The notes beneath the pieces were generated by a model. It had not been told where the DNA came from and did not search any database. It worked only from the letters and a program-made list of their open reading frames with translations. Source: Promethearchaeota archaeon (GTDB taxonomy: Archaea > Asgardarchaeota > Lokiarchaeia > Sigyniarchaeales > SOKP01). From it: DNA of 64,000 nucleotides. The DNA is taken from positions 352,001 to 416,000 of the forward strand of contig JAEOUA010000003.1 in the NCBI GenBank assembly GCA_016839555.1, given 5' to 3'. A program made the position numbers and the translations under genes. Shown here piece by piece: positions 60,122 through 64,000 of this stretch; the stretch's first letter is position 1; each line of letters begins with the position of its first letter.

Positions 60122-61744
60122 CTAAATTACTCTTATAGTTCTTTTAATAATTCCAACGTTTCCAAAATTATCTGTTACTTTAAATTTCACATCGTATATA
60201 CCTGGTTTATTATATGCATGTTTTGTAAGGATAATGTTGCTCGTGTCTCCATCACCAAAATCCCACTCAAAATCTATTGCAATACTTTCTGGACAATAAA
60301 AGACTGTAGGAAAAAAAATAGCAGAATAGCCTACTGGAACTGGATAAGGTAATACTTCAAAAAATCCAGAAGGAGTTTCGATTCCTTCTTTCTTTTCTAT
60401 AAATTGTTGAAGATTTTTTAAATTTCCATCGCTTTCTTTTATTTTTTTTGTTGGAATATTTAAAATTCTCTCTATTATTTCGATATGTGCTTTTGTAGCT
60501 CTTTCAAGTCTATCTGGTGGACATTTTTCAATCGTATCCTCTTTCGTATGATAAAAAATAGATTTACCAATGATCATTATTGATGGAACGTTGGAAAAAA
60601 CTAATGGTCCTAAATCACTAACCGGTAAAGTTTTTGCAGAAACATAAGCAGCGGGTAACATTTTATATTTAAGAATAGCATCCATAACTATAGGAGTTAA
60701 TATAGGATTATCTGTAATAAATAAACCCCGTTTTTCATCCCTACCTGTCTTAACAACTCCTCCATCAGCTTGATTATAATAACCATTAGAAGCTAAGCCA
60801 TCCAGCATAATAAAGGTTGCTATTTTTTCAAGCATATCTTGATGCATTTTAACAAATTTATTTACTCCAATCAGACCTGCTTCATGTCCAGTCCATCCGA
60901 CAAACTTGATAGTCTTATTTATTTTATCTTGTGGAAGGTCCGCAAAATATTTCGCCATAGCAATCATGCCCGCATTGGCAGCAGCATTATCCATCGCTCC
61001 CGTAAATGTTGAATCAGTATGAGTACCCACCAAAATAATATCATCGGTTTCACCCGGAATAGTACCTATAATCATATTACTTGTAGCTTTTTCTGTTTTA
61101 ACGTACTGAATGAGATTTACTTTCAATTTATTATTATTTCTTAAACAAAAGGATTTTAAATACTGTCCATCCTTATTGTTGACAGAAAGAGCAGGTAATC
61201 TTCGCTTCCAACCATACATTGACATATAAAAGATATAAGTTAGTAGATCCAGAGGAGATCCATTAATAAAAATGGCCCCTAATGCTCCATTCTCTTTTGC
61301 TATTTCTAAAGAATTAAATATTCGATCCGTATAAGAAGGATAAAAATTAAGAACCATTTTTCCTTCTACTAAAACGATTTTATTTTCAACCGAAATATTT
61401 TGAAAATCAACCGCCGTCCCATTACCTAAATAAACTAATTCTGCGGTGATCCCCTCAGGTTCAGTGGATCCACTTAACCAAACAGGAAATGATTCAATAA
61501 TCTGATCATTTGAAATAGAGGGGATGTTTTCACTTAAAATCTTAAGCTTATAATCCTCGGCCCACCATCTTCGGAATTTAAATTCTTCCTTTTGAACATC
61601 AGATAAGCCAATATTTTTTAGCTCTTGAAAAATATACTCTTCTGCTTGGAGAGCTGGTTTAGTTCCTGCTCTACGATAACCAAAATCGCATAAATTTTTC
61701 ATATGATTATATATTTCTCGCCCATTTATATCATTAATATTCAT
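60122..61744 (-). CDS. M28 peptidase with PA and C-terminal PKD domains
   Basis: RRAGT, GTHTDS, GAMDNAA, GHEAGL, YHT..D; WDFGDG...HAY..PG.Y.V...VTD. Confidence 0.88.
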   Translation of the reverse strand: MNINDINGREIYNHMKNLCDFGYRRAGTKPALQAEEYIFQELKNIGLSDVQKEEFKFRRWWAEDYKLKILSENIPSISNDQIIESFPVWLSGSTEPEGITAELVYLGNGTAVDFQNISVENKIVLVEGKMVLNFYPSYTDRIFNSLEIAKENGALGAIFINGSPLDLLTYIFYMSMYGWKRRLPALSVNNKDGQYLKSFCLRNNNKLKVNLIQYVKTEKATSNMIIGTIPGETDDIILVGTHTDSTFTGAMDNAAANAGMIAMAKYFADLPQDKINKTIKFVGWTGHEAGLIGVNKFVKMHQDMLEKIATFIMLDGLASNGYYNQADGGVVKTGRDEKRGLFITDNPILTPIVMDAILKYKMLPAAYVSAKTLPVSDLGPLVFSNVPSIMIIGKSIFYHTKEDTIEKCPPDRLERATKAHIEIIERILNIPTKKIKESDGNLKNLQQFIEKKEGIETPSGFFEVLPYPVPVGYSAIFFPTVFYCPESIAIDFEWDFGDGDTSNIILTKHAYNKPGIYDVKFKVTDNFGNVGIIKRTIRVI

Positions 61745-61999
61745 AATTAATTCGCCATATAATTTGAATTAAGATTTGATATAAAATGTTACTTTTTCAA
61801 TTTTAGAAAAATTCTCTAGAAAATAGCATCTTTTTCAAATTTAAAGGATACTCTATAGAGGAAAGCATAATAAGAAATTAATAAGAAAGTAGAAAATAAA
61901 AAAAAGTGGAGGATTATTATTTTTTGAAAAATGATAAATTGCAATGATAAATATTGATGGATTTAATCCATTTTCTATTAATCATTTACATTCTATAAC

Positions 62000-62230
62000 C
62001 TACATTTTGGAACCGCATCCAATTATTGTCTGACATTTACTACAGACATATACCTCGAGCTGCTTTTCTTTAATAAGTCCAGCACTTATATAAATGGGTG
62101 TTGTTATACGCATTGAAAAGATATCTTCTGATTTTGCTCTGCCTTTATTATCAAGGAAAACCTTAATCTCATTTTTACAAAAGGGACAGATTACTGTGGG
62201 GGGTAATTTACTTGAAGCCATATTTATCAC
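62000..62230 (-). CDS. small zinc-finger protein
   Basis: CPFC...CSKC; probable start at MASSK. Confidence 0.65.
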   Translation of the reverse strand: MINMASSKLPPTVICPFCKNEIKVFLDNKGRAKSEDIFSMRITTPIYISAGLIKEKQLEVYVCSKCQTIIGCGSKM

Positions 62231-62451
62231 TCCTTTTTTTAATTTAAAATAATAATATAAATAACAAAGAAATATTGATAATTTAATAAATTATCTAATG
62301 AAAATTTTGGTATGCAAAGGGAGGTTCTTTAAAATATTTCGTTATTTAGAAAATGCTTCTAGTAAAATTTTTAAAAGAAAATTTAAAAATATTAGAAATT
62401 TATAGTTTTAAAATGATTAATAAGAGAGAATAGAATATATTTCCTTTACGA

Positions 62452-63783
62452 TTAGGATTTTGATAAATCTCTTCTTAAAATCTTTATTTTCTTTTTAAGT
62501 TCAACGATTTCCTTATCTTTTTTTTCAATTGAAGTTTCCAATTTCAAGTTCTTATCTTTAGTTTCTTGCAAATCAGTCAGTATTTTGTCTTCAATTTTCT
62601 CTCCCTCCATTAACTTCATTTTTAATTGTTCATTTTCATTTTTCATTGTTTTTAGTGATTCATCTCTTTCTTCCACCATGTTTCTCAAATTCGAGATTTC
62701 CACCTCAAATTTACCAAATTCCTTGCCGGTTTGTTGATCCTTTTGTTCAAGTTTTGTTTCCAAACGATTTATATATTCTTGCTTTGAAATAATATCTTGC
62801 TTTAATTTTTCATTATTTAAAACTAATGTGTTTAGTTTTTCTTTTTTAGTTTTAAGATCTTTTTCAAGTAAATTCATATTTTCTAATTGCTGCATTAGCT
62901 CCCCTTTATTATCGTTCAATTGAGCTAAGGAGTTTTGGAGTTCAAAAATCTCCTTTTCCTTTTTTGTAAGAAGCTCATCTTTTTTTTCCACTAAAATTTC
63001 TAATTTTTCATATTTAGCTTTTTGAACAGAATCACGTTTTATATATTGGATTTGCTCTTTTAAATCATCAATTTCTTGCTTTTTTTCCTCTATCTGGTTC
63101 ATTAGAACTACACTTTCTTTTTGCGTTGTTTTTAATGATTCTAATTTATTCCTTGTTTGCTTAAGCTCTTGATTTTTTTCTTTTAATGAATTATTAATTT
63201 GTTCAATTTGGTTTTGAAGAATTTTAATTTGAGAATTAAGATTTTGAATAGATTTTTCCTTATCTTCAAGTTGAGTGTTTAATTCATCAACTTCTTGCTC
63301 CTTATTAGTTAATTCCTGTTTTAGATCTTTGATTTCAATTGCTTGGGCTTCTTTAACTTCAATCTCTTGATTTAATTCTTCTGTTGTTGTTTCTAATTTT
63401 GTGATTTGCGTCTCCTTTTCTTGAATAGAATTCTCTTTATTTTCAAATTGGGAAAGTAATTCTTCAATTTCCTGATCCTTATTTTTTAGATCTTCTTTTA
63501 AATTTCGTATCTCATCCGATTGAGTTTCTTTTTGAACAATATCCTCAGTTATATCTTTAATTTTTTGTTCTAATTCATTTTTCTCTTCTGAAAGCGTATT
63601 AATTTGTTCTTTTAATTTTTTATTTTGCTCTTGTAATAAATTCAGCTGCTCTGAAACAGTTTTCTCATCTTTGAGGTCTGACTTTTTTGTTTCCTCTTCC
63701 ACCCACCCTAAAGAAGAGAGTGCATCTGAGATGGGATTATCTTCTTTCTTTTCTTCGGAATTATTATTATTATTTTCTCCCAT
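62452..63783 (-). CDS. long coiled-coil protein
   Basis: Continuous E/K/Q/L heptads with internal repeat (EIxxLKxxLxNKxQExxEL..Q.E.KE.SIQ); no ATPase head. Confidence 0.8.
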   Translation of the reverse strand: MGENNNNNSEEKKEDNPISDALSSLGWVEEETKKSDLKDEKTVSEQLNLLQEQNKKLKEQINTLSEEKNELEQKIKDITEDIVQKETQSDEIRNLKEDLKNKDQEIEELLSQFENKENSIQEKETQITKLETTTEELNQEIEVKEAQAIEIKDLKQELTNKEQEVDELNTQLEDKEKSIQNLNSQIKILQNQIEQINNSLKEKNQELKQTRNKLESLKTTQKESVVLMNQIEEKKQEIDDLKEQIQYIKRDSVQKAKYEKLEILVEKKDELLTKKEKEIFELQNSLAQLNDNKGELMQQLENMNLLEKDLKTKKEKLNTLVLNNEKLKQDIISKQEYINRLETKLEQKDQQTGKEFGKFEVEISNLRNMVEERDESLKTMKNENEQLKMKLMEGEKIEDKILTDLQETKDKNLKLETSIEKKDKEIVELKKKIKILRRDLSKS

Positions 63784-63832
63784 ATATCAAGTTCACATTT
63801 TAAGTTTGATAGAATATATATAGAAATTTTTC

Positions 63833-64000
63833 CTAAAATTCTTTATCTTTCTCATCTGAAATTTTAAAGACAAATTTTCGATCAAGAAAAAATTTCGTAA
63901 TATAACCTACTGATAATGCTACTACAATACTTACCTCTAATGGGGTTTGAATAAAATTCGTAAGAAGGAATTGAATTCCGATATTTTCCAAGGTTGTCAA
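63833..64000 (-). CDS. GtrA-like membrane protein, 3' part only (runs off the window)
   Basis: Hand translation ...VSIVVALSVGYITKFFLDRKFVFKISDEKDKEF*. Confidence 0.65.
   Translation of the reverse strand: MTTLENIGIQFLLTNFIQTPLEVSIVVALSVGYITKFFLDRKFVFKISDEKDKEF

Noticed and set aside
61957-61971. Palindrome ATGGATT-T-AATCCAT
   Set aside because: A single short occurrence, plausible by chance in AT-rich DNA; no second copy seen.
1-64000. CRISPR array, transposase, integrase or provirus
   Set aside because: No regularly spaced repeats and no mobile-element proteins recognised; no integrase next to the tRNA.

Overview
This is an AT-rich archaeal chromosomal window, very probably from an Asgard archaeon (Lokiarchaeia-like). 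Support for that assignment: stand-alone eS30, an archaeal histone, a proteasome beta subunit, an intron-containing tRNA-Trp, methanofuran genes mfnE/mfnF, profilin- and gelsolin-family genes, and a eukaryote-type SECIS. It holds about 55 CDS, mostly metabolic (fadH-like, asd, proBA, MaoC pair, hydrolases, peptidases, transporters), plus several multidomain eukaryotic-signature-like proteins. Features the ORF track misses: (1) an intergenic box H/ACA guide RNA (33308-33380, minus) whose pocket fits the LSU rRNA helix 69 sequence; (2) selD is a selenoprotein with an in-frame UGA (true start 16462) and a eukaryote-like SECIS just after its stop; (3) tRNA-Trp(CCA) with a 40-nt intron; (4) a 58-aa zinc-ribbon ORF; (5) an MFS transporter whose first TM helix lies upstream of any canonical start codon. 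I saw no CRISPR array, rRNA or recognisable mobile element. All family calls come from motif recognition by eye; no searches were run.
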